Shown in pieces: positions 16,079-26,297 of a stretch of 64,000 bases of DNA. Position numbers and translations under genes: made by a program. The stretch is from the IMG/VR virus record IMGVR_UViG_2029527005_000001, positions 6,183-70,182 of that record; one strand, given 5' to 3'. Each line of letters starts with the position of its first letter. The first letter of the stretch is position 1. The notes under the pieces were generated by a model. That model ran no database searches and was not told the origin of the DNA. It saw only the letters and a list, made by a program, of their open reading frames with translations. Origin of the DNA: a virus.

Positions 16079-17575
16079 TTACCAGCCGTGACTATAACTT
16101 GGGGCTTCCAGTTTCTTTACAGAAGCCACGGTGCGGGCAACGCCGATGCGGTCACGCAGGGTTGAGGTGACATGACGAGAAATGGTGTTAGCCAATTCGC
16201 CTGCGCCCAACGACTGCTGTACCGCGCGTCCTATGTAGAGCTCCATCTGCTCATCATGGTTATCAGAAGAGAAGTGCTGCGGGATGCGCCACGGACGATA
16301 ACCACGACGGTCTTCTTCTTCCAGCAGGCTGCGCTTGGCAGTTTTACCCACTTCATAAACGCTGTTGCCATATTCATCGGAGCCATCAATACCCAGCCAG
16401 AACGATTCACCGCCGTTAACCAGCGTAATCATCAGGCGTTCAGAAGCCTGAACAACCGTGAGGTCGTAGATGCTGTTGACTTCGATGTTGCCGTTGGAAC
16501 GGAACTGCACAGAGCGCGTGTGGTGGCAGCCGGTGTTCTTAACTTCAATCGAACCTTTCGCTGACAGATGAATACCCGTTAAACGAGAGTTACCGACGTT
16601 CGCGCTTTTGCCTGACACGCTACAATCTTTGAGCTCGCTTTTAACGATGTTGTAGTACACATCGGTGATACGAACATCTTGCAGGGTAGACTTACGGATG
16701 CTGTTGCGACCAAACGGCTTTTCAGTGCCGTTAGCGTTAACTGCTATGAGTGAGCTGTCTTTTAACCACAGGCCTTTCAGTGTGCCGCGATAAATATCAC
16801 CAGCGATAGCGCGTGAGTTATCGACGATCACATCTTCCCAGGTCTGGCCCTGAATGACGTTGTCTTTCATGGAGATGACGTTGGTTAAATCAGACCCCAT
16901 CACAAACATGACACCCGGGCCGCCGGTCAGTGAGTTACGCGCACTATCCCACATCGACGGCATACGGAGTTTGTCATTGAGCTCTACACGGCTGCCGTGT
17001 TCAATGACCAGCACCTGAAACAGTTTGGTTTGCGACAGTCGGTCACGCAGGGAAGTGATCATACCGCCGTCACGGAAACGGTCTTTGGCGTTCAGCTCGA
17101 GCGCATAAACGTAGACGTCCCACTGTTTCTCTTCGCGCTGCAGCTGCACCCAGCTTGCACAACGATCAAAACGGTAATCAAAACCAAAACCGCGACCGGT
17201 TTCCAGAATTTGATTCAGGTGGCCTTTGATGCCTTTAACCTGCGGCTCGATCTTTTCACCGTTGATGATAAGGGAACTGCCCGCATCGTCCTGATTACTG
17301 TCCGGATAACCCCAGACCGATTTCAGTGTGGTACTGGTGATTTTGTCCAGCTCAATGGCAGAGAGTTCAGCCAGCTTCACCGATACCTCTTCGGATTGCT
17401 CGCCGAGTTCATCGCGATGCCACGGCGCTTTGAGCAGGGGTGCGGGTTTCACCGGCTTTTCTTTTACCACGGCAACTTCGGTAACCACTTCATCAGCGGC
17501 TTTGTTTTCCACTGCCGGTAATGCTGCTGTTTCTTCAATCACAGTGACTTTCTTTTTATCTTGTGCTTTTGACAT
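16079..17575 (-). CDS. hypothetical protein with central beta-helix-like repeats
   Basis: 498 aa. Low-complexity N-terminus and a central region with ~5-residue periodicity (IVDNS, LKDSS, IRKST, IVKSE, LKDCS, VGNSR). Confidence 0.65.
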   Translation of the reverse strand: MSKAQDKKKVTVIEETAALPAVENKAADEVVTEVAVVKEKPVKPAPLLKAPWHRDELGEQSEEVSVKLAELSAIELDKITSTTLKSVWGYPDSNQDDAGSSLIINGEKIEPQVKGIKGHLNQILETGRGFGFDYRFDRCASWVQLQREEKQWDVYVYALELNAKDRFRDGGMITSLRDRLSQTKLFQVLVIEHGSRVELNDKLRMPSMWDSARNSLTGGPGVMFVMGSDLTNVISMKDNVIQGQTWEDVIVDNSRAIAGDIYRGTLKGLWLKDSSLIAVNANGTEKPFGRNSIRKSTLQDVRITDVYYNIVKSELKDCSVSGKSANVGNSRLTGIHLSAKGSIEVKNTGCHHTRSVQFRSNGNIEVNSIYDLTVVQASERLMITLVNGGESFWLGIDGSDEYGNSVYEVGKTAKRSLLEEEDRRGYRPWRIPQHFSSDNHDEQMELYIGRAVQQSLGAGELANTISRHVTSTLRDRIGVARTVASVKKLEAPSYSHGW

Positions 17576-17597
17576 TTCACTACCCTTCTACTTTGAA

Positions 17598-17861
17598 TTA
17601 ACGGTTAAGACCACGGGCCAGCTGATCGAGATTGCCATTGAGGTTTTCTTCTTTCAGGAAGATAAAGACCTTGCCGTTGCTGGTTTGACGGATTTCCTTG
17701 TTGTGCCAATCGGCGAAGAAAGGCAGTTCACTGCGGTCAAGCACCGCGCGAATACGCACGGAGTTCTCTTCCACGATATAGTCGACTTTGTCCTGCATGT
17801 GCATGCGGAAGCTTGCCACTAAGTGAGCGGGACCTACGATTTCAATTTCGTCGAATTTCAT
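17598..17861 (-). CDS. hypothetical protein
   Basis: 87-aa ORF, ATGA-coupled to the ligase. Confidence 0.6.
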   Translation of the reverse strand: MKFDEIEIVGPAHLVASFRMHMQDKVDYIVEENSVRIRAVLDRSELPFFADWHNKEIRQTSNGKVFIFLKEENLNGNLDQLARGLNR

Positions 17862-19777
17862 AATGCTTTAATCTCCTTAACGATCTGATTGAACTCGGTA
17901 TCACGGCGAACGTGCAGCAGTGGAATACCCAGTTTACGGCCTTCTTTCATGGAGTTGGTTTCGGTGTCATCTACCGTCGCCCCAACGATCACGCACTTAA
18001 CCTGCTTGTTAACGCGTGGGACGACCTCTATGCCACTTTTCAGTAACAACTCCGCTATGACATTACGGGGTGAATCAAACACGCCAGTGAGCACTACACG
18101 CACTAATTGCGGACGTTGTGTATCGGGTCGCACGGTAACGGCCGAAGCAAAGCGTTCGATATAGCGCATCTCGGCTTTGTCACTGCTGTGCTTTAACAAG
18201 CTTAATGCTTTTGCCGGTGTTACCGCAGCACGTACACGATCAGCATCTTTGATAAACAGCAGGAAGTTATCCAGCGTTCCCAAATGATAACTGAGCTTGG
18301 CTGACTCGGTGACACCAAACTCCGCCATGTTCAACACGTAGATGAACTGGCTCAGCGTCATCTTGCGGGCGTTTTGAATGGCGTTGTAGTGACGAGCCGG
18401 GATTTGCGAGGTATCCAAACTAAACAGATCGAGAGGGCGTTTGATAAGCCCCCGCCCTACCCACTCTTCCAGTGTGGCTTCACCTAATCCCTGAATGTCT
18501 AACCCCTCTTTGCTCACGGCGCGCTTCAAGGTACTCAGCAGCTTATCAGTACAGCCTTCGGTGTCGTTACACACCAGAGACGGTCCAATACGACTTACCG
18601 GACCTTTACAGCATGGACACTGCGTCGGTAACGTAAAGCGTGGGTCTTTGCTGGCTTCCACGATGGCGTGCAGATGAGGAACACAGTCACCGCTCATGAC
18701 CACACGGATCTTATCACCGTGACCGAGCTTCAGGCGCAGGAAGTTACCGGCATTGAACAGATTGGCTTGCGTACATTTGCTGCCATCAATGTCGATCTCT
18801 TCATACACCAGCTTCGGCACAATCTGGTTTTTATTTACAGACCAGATTACGTCTCGTGCTTGCGTGTCACCAAACAAGGTGTTGTACTTAAAGGCAATAG
18901 ACGAGAACGGCGCGCGGTCAGTATTGCTGTCAACTTTAACATGATAGTCCAGCTGATTGGCTTTTAACACATAGCCATCAAACGGGGCGTTCTTGTTACG
19001 GGCGTGTGACAACAAATCTTTCTCACTAACCAGCTCAGGAATGTCAAAGCCTTTCTCAGCCAGCCAGTTACGCACTGCTTTACCGGTGGTGAACTTCAAC
19101 GCCTTTGCTGCGTTAGGGGAAATCTCATACGCACTCAACGTGATCTTGCCACGCGCATGACGAGTCGGTTCAGCAGAACGCACCCAACCCGACACCTGAT
19201 TACGCTGCTTCTCGATCTTGACGCCGCTGGCTTTGAGTTCATCGATATCGTAGAACGTTAAATGTGCTTCACAACGAATGTCAGCATGGTCAACGTCACG
19301 GAACTCTTCGATGTACTCGGGCAGATGTTTAAAGAGCTTGGCGTTGTGGGAAACGTCTTCACCCTTCTCATTGCTGCCTTTGGTCAACACGTGCACCAAC
19401 TTACCGTGACGATAAATCAGCTCAATAGCCAAACCATCGAGCTTGGTTTCGATATAACAATCCCCATAAAGCTTCTTATAGAAAGCATACTGGTTAAAGT
19501 CATAAGTCCGGCGCAGTGAGATAAACGGGCGAAGGTGGTCAACCAGTTTCAGCGGGCTCTTGTTTTCAAAGATGCTCACAGCTTTGTTCTCACCCTGAAT
19601 GGCCTCTAACTCTTTAATCAAGCTAGGGTTGTCATCCAGCAAGGCGGTGAGGTTAAGCTTCAACAGGTCGTACTCGCTGTCACTGATTTCGCTTTCATCA
19701 AGCACAAAGAACAAGTGATCGTGGTAGTCGATTTGTTCTTGTAGTTTTAGTGCTTGTTCAATGAGTGGTGTTTCCAT
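17858..19777 (-). CDS. ligA: NAD-dependent DNA ligase
   Basis: N-terminal Y...D.SEISDSEYD, adenylation motif TKLDGLA, PFDGYVLK, IAFKY, Zn finger CPCC..C....C, HhH GLGE and C-terminal BRCT (VVLTG). Confidence 0.95.
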   Translation of the reverse strand: METPLIEQALKLQEQIDYHDHLFFVLDESEISDSEYDLLKLNLTALLDDNPSLIKELEAIQGENKAVSIFENKSPLKLVDHLRPFISLRRTYDFNQYAFYKKLYGDCYIETKLDGLAIELIYRHGKLVHVLTKGSNEKGEDVSHNAKLFKHLPEYIEEFRDVDHADIRCEAHLTFYDIDELKASGVKIEKQRNQVSGWVRSAEPTRHARGKITLSAYEISPNAAKALKFTTGKAVRNWLAEKGFDIPELVSEKDLLSHARNKNAPFDGYVLKANQLDYHVKVDSNTDRAPFSSIAFKYNTLFGDTQARDVIWSVNKNQIVPKLVYEEIDIDGSKCTQANLFNAGNFLRLKLGHGDKIRVVMSGDCVPHLHAIVEASKDPRFTLPTQCPCCKGPVSRIGPSLVCNDTEGCTDKLLSTLKRAVSKEGLDIQGLGEATLEEWVGRGLIKRPLDLFSLDTSQIPARHYNAIQNARKMTLSQFIYVLNMAEFGVTESAKLSYHLGTLDNFLLFIKDADRVRAAVTPAKALSLLKHSSDKAEMRYIERFASAVTVRPDTQRPQLVRVVLTGVFDSPRNVIAELLLKSGIEVVPRVNKQVKCVIVGATVDDTETNSMKEGRKLGIPLLHVRRDTEFNQIVKEIKAL

Positions 19778-19785
19778 AGCGGATC

Positions 19786-20448
19786 CTAAGAAAATAATAA
19801 TTCAGTAATATGCTGGTTTAGTTTGATAATATTGTCAGCTTTACGCTGTTGCATATAGCGAGGAATCACATGCTGTTTCTCCCAAATAATCATGCGACTA
19901 TCGGTATCCAGTACATTATCACCGTAGATAGGGTTATCATCAACCAGCACGAAATGGGGATGGAGTTCCTGGAGAAAGTCTAACTTGTTGGGGTTAGTGG
20001 CCTTGTCCAGCACGTAGACATGCTTCATTGGCACACCCGGAAAATCACGCAGCAGTGCACGTGCAGTGAGTTCACCGGTTTTATCGATGCTCTTGCGATG
20101 CGTGCATATGCCTACGTCAATGCGACCGGCATTGACCAGATCGATAATCAAACCGCGGATATCGGGATCAAACGGTGCGGCGATAATAAAGCCTGTTTTA
20201 CGCAAGCCGTGTTCCCACACCACGTCATCAATGAGTTTTGCCAACGGGGAGCCCAAACGGGTGAGGTCTTCACGCAGCGTCAGGAAGTCCTGCTTGGGAA
20301 TATGTAGGTGTTCCATCATAATGCGGTCTACTTCATCTAACTGCTTTTTGTTGCGCAGATAGGTAATGATGTTGCTTTCGATGTATTTGCCGGTTAGGTA
20401 AACAACGTCATCCAGGTCAAAAAAGATAATAGGTTTCGTGCTTTTCAT
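19786..20448 (-). CDS. HAD-superfamily hydrolase (nucleotidase-like)
   Basis: Motif I IFFDLDDV, motif II ICTHR, conserved K (NKLDF) and motif IV LVDDNP. Confidence 0.75.
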   Translation of the reverse strand: MKSTKPIIFFDLDDVVYLTGKYIESNIITYLRNKKQLDEVDRIMMEHLHIPKQDFLTLREDLTRLGSPLAKLIDDVVWEHGLRKTGFIIAAPFDPDIRGLIIDLVNAGRIDVGICTHRKSIDKTGELTARALLRDFPGVPMKHVYVLDKATNPNKLDFLQELHPHFVLVDDNPIYGDNVLDTDSRMIIWEKQHVIPRYMQQRKADNIIKLNQHITELLFS

Positions 20449-20517
20449 TTATAGTGAATCTCATAAGTGTGTTAAATAAAGAAGGGGTGTGACCCCCCTC
20501 TTTATTGGCGTGATTTA

Positions 20518-20700
20518 TTATGGTTTGATTTGTGTGGCGACAAACTGCAATGACGCTTCGACATCGAACTGATCAGTAAAGCCCGTGGCCAGGCATTCAG
20601 CTTTACCGTTGTTAAAATTGATATAACCCAAAACTAAAGAACCCACCATGACACAGAAACTGGTGGTATTGTTTTCAACGATGGTAACGTTGCACGGCAT
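20518..20700 (-). CDS. small hypothetical protein
   Basis: The ORF-track frame overlaps the upstream gene; probable start MPCNVTIV at 20700. Confidence 0.4.
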   Translation of the reverse strand: MPCNVTIVENNTTSFCVMVGSLVLGYINFNNGKAECLATGFTDQFDVEASLQFVATQIKP

Positions 20701-20728
20701 GCCTTGAGAAGCATTTATTACGCCGTTG

Positions 20729-21463
20729 TTAATGAAGCATGGTAATGGAGACTTCTTCATTGTTATCGCTCTGTAATTGCGCAATCAGTTGTTCGTACTT
20801 GCTGTTGTTAACCAGCTCGGAACACTGCTGCTTGTGTTTGCGAATTTTAGCATTCATTTTCTCGCGGAACTGTGCTACCGTGGCGATTTTGCCGTTCACG
20901 GTAAACATGCTGCCGTTGCCTCGGGAAATCCGTACGTACTTCGACACCTTGGCATTGGGATTGCCTTTCAGTATCTTCTCCGCACCATAGAGTCCCACAA
21001 ACCAACTCATATAGACATCGCCGTCTGTAACCGGTCGATGTACCTTGCTTTCAAGGTATTTACGGTTCTCTGCTAAACCTGCTGCACCCACAAGGATGTT
21101 TGCCCGTTTGTTGTGGACAGAACTTTTAGCAGAAACGCCCATCTTACTGGCATGTTTCTTGAGATCATTTCGCCATTGTCGGTCGCTGTACTGCATGGCA
21201 CCCTTTACCGACGAATACTTGTTATGAACGTTATTACCAAAATTACTTTCGATGTACAACACCGCGGTCAACAGATCCGCACTGGTACCGGACTTCTTCT
21301 CTGCTTCTAAAATGTATTGATCGATTTTTGCATAAGCCTTTGCATCGGCTTTGGATATCCCCGGACCACTGTAGCTTGCGTGAGCTGTGGTTAACGAGCA
21401 CAGAGCCAGTAACGCACCCAAAAGAAAAGTTTTAACGATGGACATGATTTTGTTCTCCGACAT
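20729..21463 (-). CDS. lytic transglycosylase (SLT/lysozyme-like) with Sec signal peptide
   Basis: Signal peptide FLLGALLALCSLTTAHA, catalytic LLTAVLYIESNFG, SSVKGAMQY, N...GAA.L and YMSWFVGLYGA. Confidence 0.85.
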   Translation of the reverse strand: MSENKIMSIVKTFLLGALLALCSLTTAHASYSGPGISKADAKAYAKIDQYILEAEKKSGTSADLLTAVLYIESNFGNNVHNKYSSVKGAMQYSDRQWRNDLKKHASKMGVSAKSSVHNKRANILVGAAGLAENRKYLESKVHRPVTDGDVYMSWFVGLYGAEKILKGNPNAKVSKYVRISRGNGSMFTVNGKIATVAQFREKMNAKIRKHKQQCSELVNNSKYEQLIAQLQSDNNEEVSITMLH

Positions 21464-21505
21464 TTACACAAGGTAGAGCAAGCTTTTACACTTGCATCTA
21501 CCCTA

Positions 21506-21522
21506 ATAATGTAGGTCTAAAA
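21506..21522 (-). promoter_or_regulatory. promoter motif variant (TACATTAT)
   Basis: Minus strand TTTTAGACCTACATTAT, nearly identical to 52922-52938. Confidence 0.55.
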
Positions 21523-21526
21523 TTAA

Positions 21527-24004
21527 TTAGCCTTTTTGTATGATAGTGTGTGCATTGACTTTCCCCTGAATGGTTAACCCTTCACGATTAATCGCGATGA
21601 TATTTGGGTTGTTGAACATCCCATGCTGTGCTGCGTAGTGCGATACCATAAAGAGTTGTTCGTGCTCTTTATCAGCAAAGATGCTCTGAATGTACGCGAA
21701 GAAACGTGTCCGGTTAACTTCATCCAGAAACGCACCTACCTCATCCATAAACATCGGGAACCAATTTGGTTTGTAACGCATACCGACTTTACGAATAGCC
21801 CAGTTAAGGATTTCGCTTTCGCCAGCTGAACAATCAGAGATGTCCGCCGCTTCGGTATTTTGTCCATTCACCACGGGGAAGCGATACGTGAGATCGCCAT
21901 TATCTTTGTTACACGGTTTCAGCATCAAGGTAATTGAACTGAACTCTTTGATAATCGCATTAGTGTTACCACAGAACGTTTTGATAAAATCAAGCATGAG
22001 TTTACCAATAAAGCCTTTGTTGGGACACAGGGAATCCATCAAAGCCTTCACGATCTTGGTGCGGCGTTTTAAGCGCTGAATGTCTTGGTCAATCGAGTCA
22101 ACCACAGAGTGCAAACTCTTGCTGCGAATGATTTCCGACATGCAGTGGTTCTTTTCTGCCGTGCGACCCGCAATCCCAAAATCCACCTCTTTCTTGAGCT
22201 GGTAGTGGAACTCGCCGGTAAGCGCGGCTTTAAAAGAACGCAGTTGAGTTTTAAAGAGCGACAGTCGTTCGTCGTACTTTTCCATTTGCTCCAACAGATA
22301 ACGATCGGTGCGTAACCGCACATTGGCTGAACGCATTGCGACGTTATGGAAGTTGATGCTCTCCTCGGATTGCTTGATCTGTTTGATCAGCGTTCCTATA
22401 TAATTTTGCTTAAGGAGATTAATCTGGGAAGTATTGACCTGCTGCTCTTTCTCCAACGGCTTGATATTCTCCACTGCATCGTCGTAATCCGCCAGACGAT
22501 CAATGGCGTTCACTAGGTTTACCCCGTTGACTTTGCCAATGTCGTACTCACGAATCACCATCGCTAAATCCGCATCGGTATAGCGCTGCTGACGCAGGAA
22601 GTTATACAGCGCCTGCATGCTCAAGAACCAATCGCTGTCGTTCTCAATCAACACATCCAGCTTGGCAATCTCGACGTCATAGTGACCAACCTGTTTGGTT
22701 AATCCTGCGATCGCCACCTCAAGCAAGTTAATGTCCTGTTCAGTGACCCCAACTTTAAAGGTGTGGTCGCATTTGGGACACTCTACGCTCTCCATGCCAC
22801 GGTAATGCGCTAATCGGTGCTGCTTCTCCTCTAACATGTGTTTGGTTTTGGAACGCTCGTTGCCCATGAGGTCGCGTTTGCTTACCCATTCCTGATACAT
22901 CTGACGGGTCAGATTCGGAACAGAGCTCGGCGTCACGTTAATGAGGTACTGCTTCATCTCGCTTAACGCCACCACAAAGCGACTACCGAAATTCGCGTAA
23001 GCTTCCATCAATATACCATGGTCATTCAGGTAAGTTTTCAGGTTGCTGCGCTTTTCATTCCAGTGCTTGAGGTCAGCTTCAATGGCTTTGGCTCGCTGCT
23101 CCAGCACCTTGGGATCCTGCTGAATATCCTTTAAGCTTACCTGTTCGTTGAGTTCAGCCAGCTTCTTGGAATGGTGCTCCTGTTTCTGCTGATGCGAGCG
23201 CAAAAAGTTCTCGTGGTGAATAACGCGATTCTTGGCTTGTTCCCGCGACAAACACTCGGGGTTAGCCACGGTGAACTTCAACAGGAAACTTGCTGTGTCC
23301 GTTAGCGCTTCATGCATACGACGTAACTGAGGATGCTCTTTGGCCAGTGACAGTCGACCTACCATCAGCAAGCCTTCACGAATCTCTTCGTCCAGCGTGG
23401 CCACACGTGACAACAGTTCGTCTTCAGAAAGCTTGTTCAGCGTTTCCAACGTTTGCTTTTCAATGGCGTAACGTGAAATCTGATTACGCAGTGCGCCACG
23501 CAACGAGTTCCATTCATCTTTAAGCTTGCCGTAAACATCCATGGCATAACTGGTGTCATTGGGGTAAAGATCCATTAAGAAATCTTTACGCTTAGCCGGT
23601 GACATGCTGTTGAACAAATCCGTGATGTGCAGTCCACTCAAGATCTTTGCTGTGGCCTGTGTAATCCCGAAGTGGCTCTCTGCCAGCATGCGCTGTGCGG
23701 TTGCCGTGTTGCCGGTGTTAAGGTTCTCACCATCAACTTCGAATTTGTGGTAGCCCTCTTTCCCCATCACTGAGGTCATTTTATAGATTTTGCCATTGTG
23801 CAGGATAGAGATAATCTTTGTGCCACCATCTTCGAATTTTGATGTGTCAGGCGGGAAAGGATGTAACTCACGCATGATGCTGCTTTTACCGGCACCGTTG
23901 GTACTGATAAAGATGTTGATTTGATCTTTCGTCACCATCTTTATTTCTCTGACGTTACTGGTCGCCAAAGGTATGAAACCCTTTAAATAGAAATCTAAAA
24001 TCAT
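21527..24004 (-). CDS. sbcC: SbcC/Rad50-like SMC ATPase
   Basis: Walker A NGAGKSS, long coiled coils, zinc hook CPKC, signature CSAGE, Walker B FMDEVGAFLD and H-loop VSH. Confidence 0.92.
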   Translation of the reverse strand: MILDFYLKGFIPLATSNVREIKMVTKDQINIFISTNGAGKSSIMRELHPFPPDTSKFEDGGTKIISILHNGKIYKMTSVMGKEGYHKFEVDGENLNTGNTATAQRMLAESHFGITQATAKILSGLHITDLFNSMSPAKRKDFLMDLYPNDTSYAMDVYGKLKDEWNSLRGALRNQISRYAIEKQTLETLNKLSEDELLSRVATLDEEIREGLLMVGRLSLAKEHPQLRRMHEALTDTASFLLKFTVANPECLSREQAKNRVIHHENFLRSHQQKQEHHSKKLAELNEQVSLKDIQQDPKVLEQRAKAIEADLKHWNEKRSNLKTYLNDHGILMEAYANFGSRFVVALSEMKQYLINVTPSSVPNLTRQMYQEWVSKRDLMGNERSKTKHMLEEKQHRLAHYRGMESVECPKCDHTFKVGVTEQDINLLEVAIAGLTKQVGHYDVEIAKLDVLIENDSDWFLSMQALYNFLRQQRYTDADLAMVIREYDIGKVNGVNLVNAIDRLADYDDAVENIKPLEKEQQVNTSQINLLKQNYIGTLIKQIKQSEESINFHNVAMRSANVRLRTDRYLLEQMEKYDERLSLFKTQLRSFKAALTGEFHYQLKKEVDFGIAGRTAEKNHCMSEIIRSKSLHSVVDSIDQDIQRLKRRTKIVKALMDSLCPNKGFIGKLMLDFIKTFCGNTNAIIKEFSSITLMLKPCNKDNGDLTYRFPVVNGQNTEAADISDCSAGESEILNWAIRKVGMRYKPNWFPMFMDEVGAFLDEVNRTRFFAYIQSIFADKEHEQLFMVSHYAAQHGMFNNPNIIAINREGLTIQGKVNAHTIIQKG

Positions 24005-24063
24005 GACGGTTCTCTTTCTATCGTATGTTCAATAAACTTACACTAAAATATAGGTAGTCCAGT

Positions 24064-25014
24064 ATGAATGTATTGCAATGGGTTGGGCAGTCAACTGTGG
24101 CTTCCACCAAGGAAACCAATTCGCACGAGATTATGGTTTATTCGCCGCTGTTGTTTCCTACCGCAGACGGTGGCGTTACCGCTGATGTGGCGCGGGTTAA
24201 GAAAGAAGGCGTGGATGCACAGGGCAAGAAAGTCAACACTGACATGCTGAAAAGCAACAAGGTTGTGCCGGCCACGTGGAAACCCATTGGTGAACCCAAC
24301 CGCTTAACCCCGCCTGATCTGCGTGAGGGCTCCCAGGTCAACCTGTATCAGTTCTCGGGTAGCTCAGAGTACTTCTGGACCACCTTTGGCTTTGCGGCCG
24401 AGACAATGCGCTGTGAGACGATTGTGTACGGTTGGAACGCCATGCCAACCGATAACGAAGATTCCAAGTACGATCTCTCGAAGTACTACACCATGATTGT
24501 GGATACGCGCACCGGCCAGATGTCGCTACGCAACAGTAATGCCAACGGTGAGAAAAGCATTATTGAGGCCAAGTTCAACTTCATGGAAGGTCACTTCATG
24601 ATGTCGGGTGCGCAGAACTCGCTGCTGATCTGGGATGACCTAAACCACTCCTTTACCTACCACAATGCCGAAGAGTCGGTGTTGACAGTCGACAAAGATA
24701 AAATGTATGCCTTTACCAAGGGCGGGATCATGCTTCAAACCGACGATGACATCAGCATGCAGTGCAAGAGCTTCCTGCTGCAAGCCAAAGATGTCACCAT
24801 GAACGTAGAAGACCAGACCACCATTAATTGTCCTGAAACACAGCACAACGGCAACTTAACGGTAGACGGTACCATTCACTCCACAGGTGACATGAAATCG
24901 GATTCCACAGTAACCGGCATGAGTGGAGTAAAAACCGGCGCGGGTATTGATGTGGATAAACATAAGCACCCTAACGGGAATAACGGTAACGATACCGGTC
25001 CGGCTAAAATGTAA
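24064..25014 (+). CDS. baseplate central spike (phiKZ gp164-like)
   Basis: OB-fold-like N-terminus, beta-helix repeats and C-terminal HxH metal motif (VDKHKHP). Next to sbcC, as in phiKZ. Confidence 0.8.
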   Translation: MNVLQWVGQSTVASTKETNSHEIMVYSPLLFPTADGGVTADVARVKKEGVDAQGKKVNTDMLKSNKVVPATWKPIGEPNRLTPPDLREGSQVNLYQFSGSSEYFWTTFGFAAETMRCETIVYGWNAMPTDNEDSKYDLSKYYTMIVDTRTGQMSLRNSNANGEKSIIEAKFNFMEGHFMMSGAQNSLLIWDDLNHSFTYHNAEESVLTVDKDKMYAFTKGGIMLQTDDDISMQCKSFLLQAKDVTMNVEDQTTINCPETQHNGNLTVDGTIHSTGDMKSDSTVTGMSGVKTGAGIDVDKHKHPNGNNGNDTGPAKM

Positions 25015-25021
25015 ACATAAA

Positions 25022-25055
25022 TATAACTACTGCTCCTCGAGGAGCAGTAGTTATA
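25022..25055. terminator. 34-bp perfect palindrome, bidirectional terminator
   Basis: TATAACTACTGCTCCTCGAGGAGCAGTAGTTATA between convergent genes. Confidence 0.8.
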
Positions 25056-25058
25056 GTG

Positions 25059-26288
25059 TTATTGGTTAATCCAAGTATCGATAGTAAAGACATACCCTCC
25101 CGGTCCGTCATCTGGATCATTGACTTTAAAGATCAATGTATAGTCGTTTCCAGCACTTGGGTTTTGTTGGACTGCATAACGACCACGTCCGTCATTTTTG
25201 GTAACGTTAGCACCAAAGCTGGATGAACGACCTATGCCCGGCCTTGCCAAAGCTGGGACGTTAATGGCGGCCGCCACATAGTTACCGTAATCCTCAAAAC
25301 CTGTCCCTCTTAACCCAGGATTCCACGCCTGTCCACCCACAGTACTGTCGCGGGAATAAGAACGCCGGTCATTATTAAGACGCATCGTTAATGTTCCCAA
25401 ACGCATGTTGTACTCAATGATTCCGCTATCATCAATGACAAATGAAATTTGCCCTACGGTCATAGCCGGTTGAATCCAATACGCGGCACTTGACAGTCCA
25501 CTGTAACTTGCTGAGAGTGCACTTCTTGCTTGACCAGCTATCGATCCGTTAACGCGCAATTGAGTATAGTAACGATTATTACCATCTCGCGGGTCTTGGA
25601 ACTGAACGTATACACGCACAGCTGTTCCGTTAGAAGCATTACCCACATTCCAGTTAAGTGATGAATTCCACGGGCCGTTAGGGTAAAGGCTGTATAAAAA
25701 CAGGTTTGATGTTCCCCCTTCACCATTGATGGTAAAACTAGTGTTGGGGAATGTGTCATCAAGGTTTAACGTGACGACCACCGAACCAATAGTGGCATTG
25801 TTAATGTCACCGGCACTGCGTTCATTTCCAGCATTATCAAAGTAACGAAAACTGATTGCGTCACTACGCACAGCCACCAAGTCATAACCAAACACGGGTG
25901 TTAGCCACGTAGGCGGTTGCCAATCCCCGCCCGGCGTTAGCCGCAAACGTGCTGCGGCATGTTCCGTGCGATCATAGTTGTTTGCTGTGCGAACAAACAC
26001 CCGTATCGACCCATTGCGAGGAATGACATTCTTTTCCACTTCCAACGTTTTTACCCAGGGACCACCTGCACTCAGTGAATAAGTAAACGGACTGGTTGAA
26101 CCGGCAACATCGATGTTAGATAAAAAGAACCACGGCCAAATGAGGTCGCGGCTGCTTTTAAACTTGATATCAATGTAGCTGATACGACCCCGCCCACTGG
26201 TGTCGGTGACCTGGTTGTTCACGTCGTACTGCGTGTACTCAATCGTTCCCTCAAGGATCGCTTTAACCCAGTCGTAATCAACTAACAT
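25059..26288 (-). CDS. putative tail/baseplate receptor-binding protein
   Basis: 409 aa, beta-rich, with an internal repeat (YSLSAGGPW / YSLYPNGPW). Last gene of the fibre operon. Confidence 0.55.
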   Translation of the reverse strand: MLVDYDWVKAILEGTIEYTQYDVNNQVTDTSGRGRISYIDIKFKSSRDLIWPWFFLSNIDVAGSTSPFTYSLSAGGPWVKTLEVEKNVIPRNGSIRVFVRTANNYDRTEHAAARLRLTPGGDWQPPTWLTPVFGYDLVAVRSDAISFRYFDNAGNERSAGDINNATIGSVVVTLNLDDTFPNTSFTINGEGGTSNLFLYSLYPNGPWNSSLNWNVGNASNGTAVRVYVQFQDPRDGNNRYYTQLRVNGSIAGQARSALSASYSGLSSAAYWIQPAMTVGQISFVIDDSGIIEYNMRLGTLTMRLNNDRRSYSRDSTVGGQAWNPGLRGTGFEDYGNYVAAAINVPALARPGIGRSSSFGANVTKNDGRGRYAVQQNPSAGNDYTLIFKVNDPDDGPGGYVFTIDTWINQ

Positions 26289-26297
26289 GGTTCGCCC

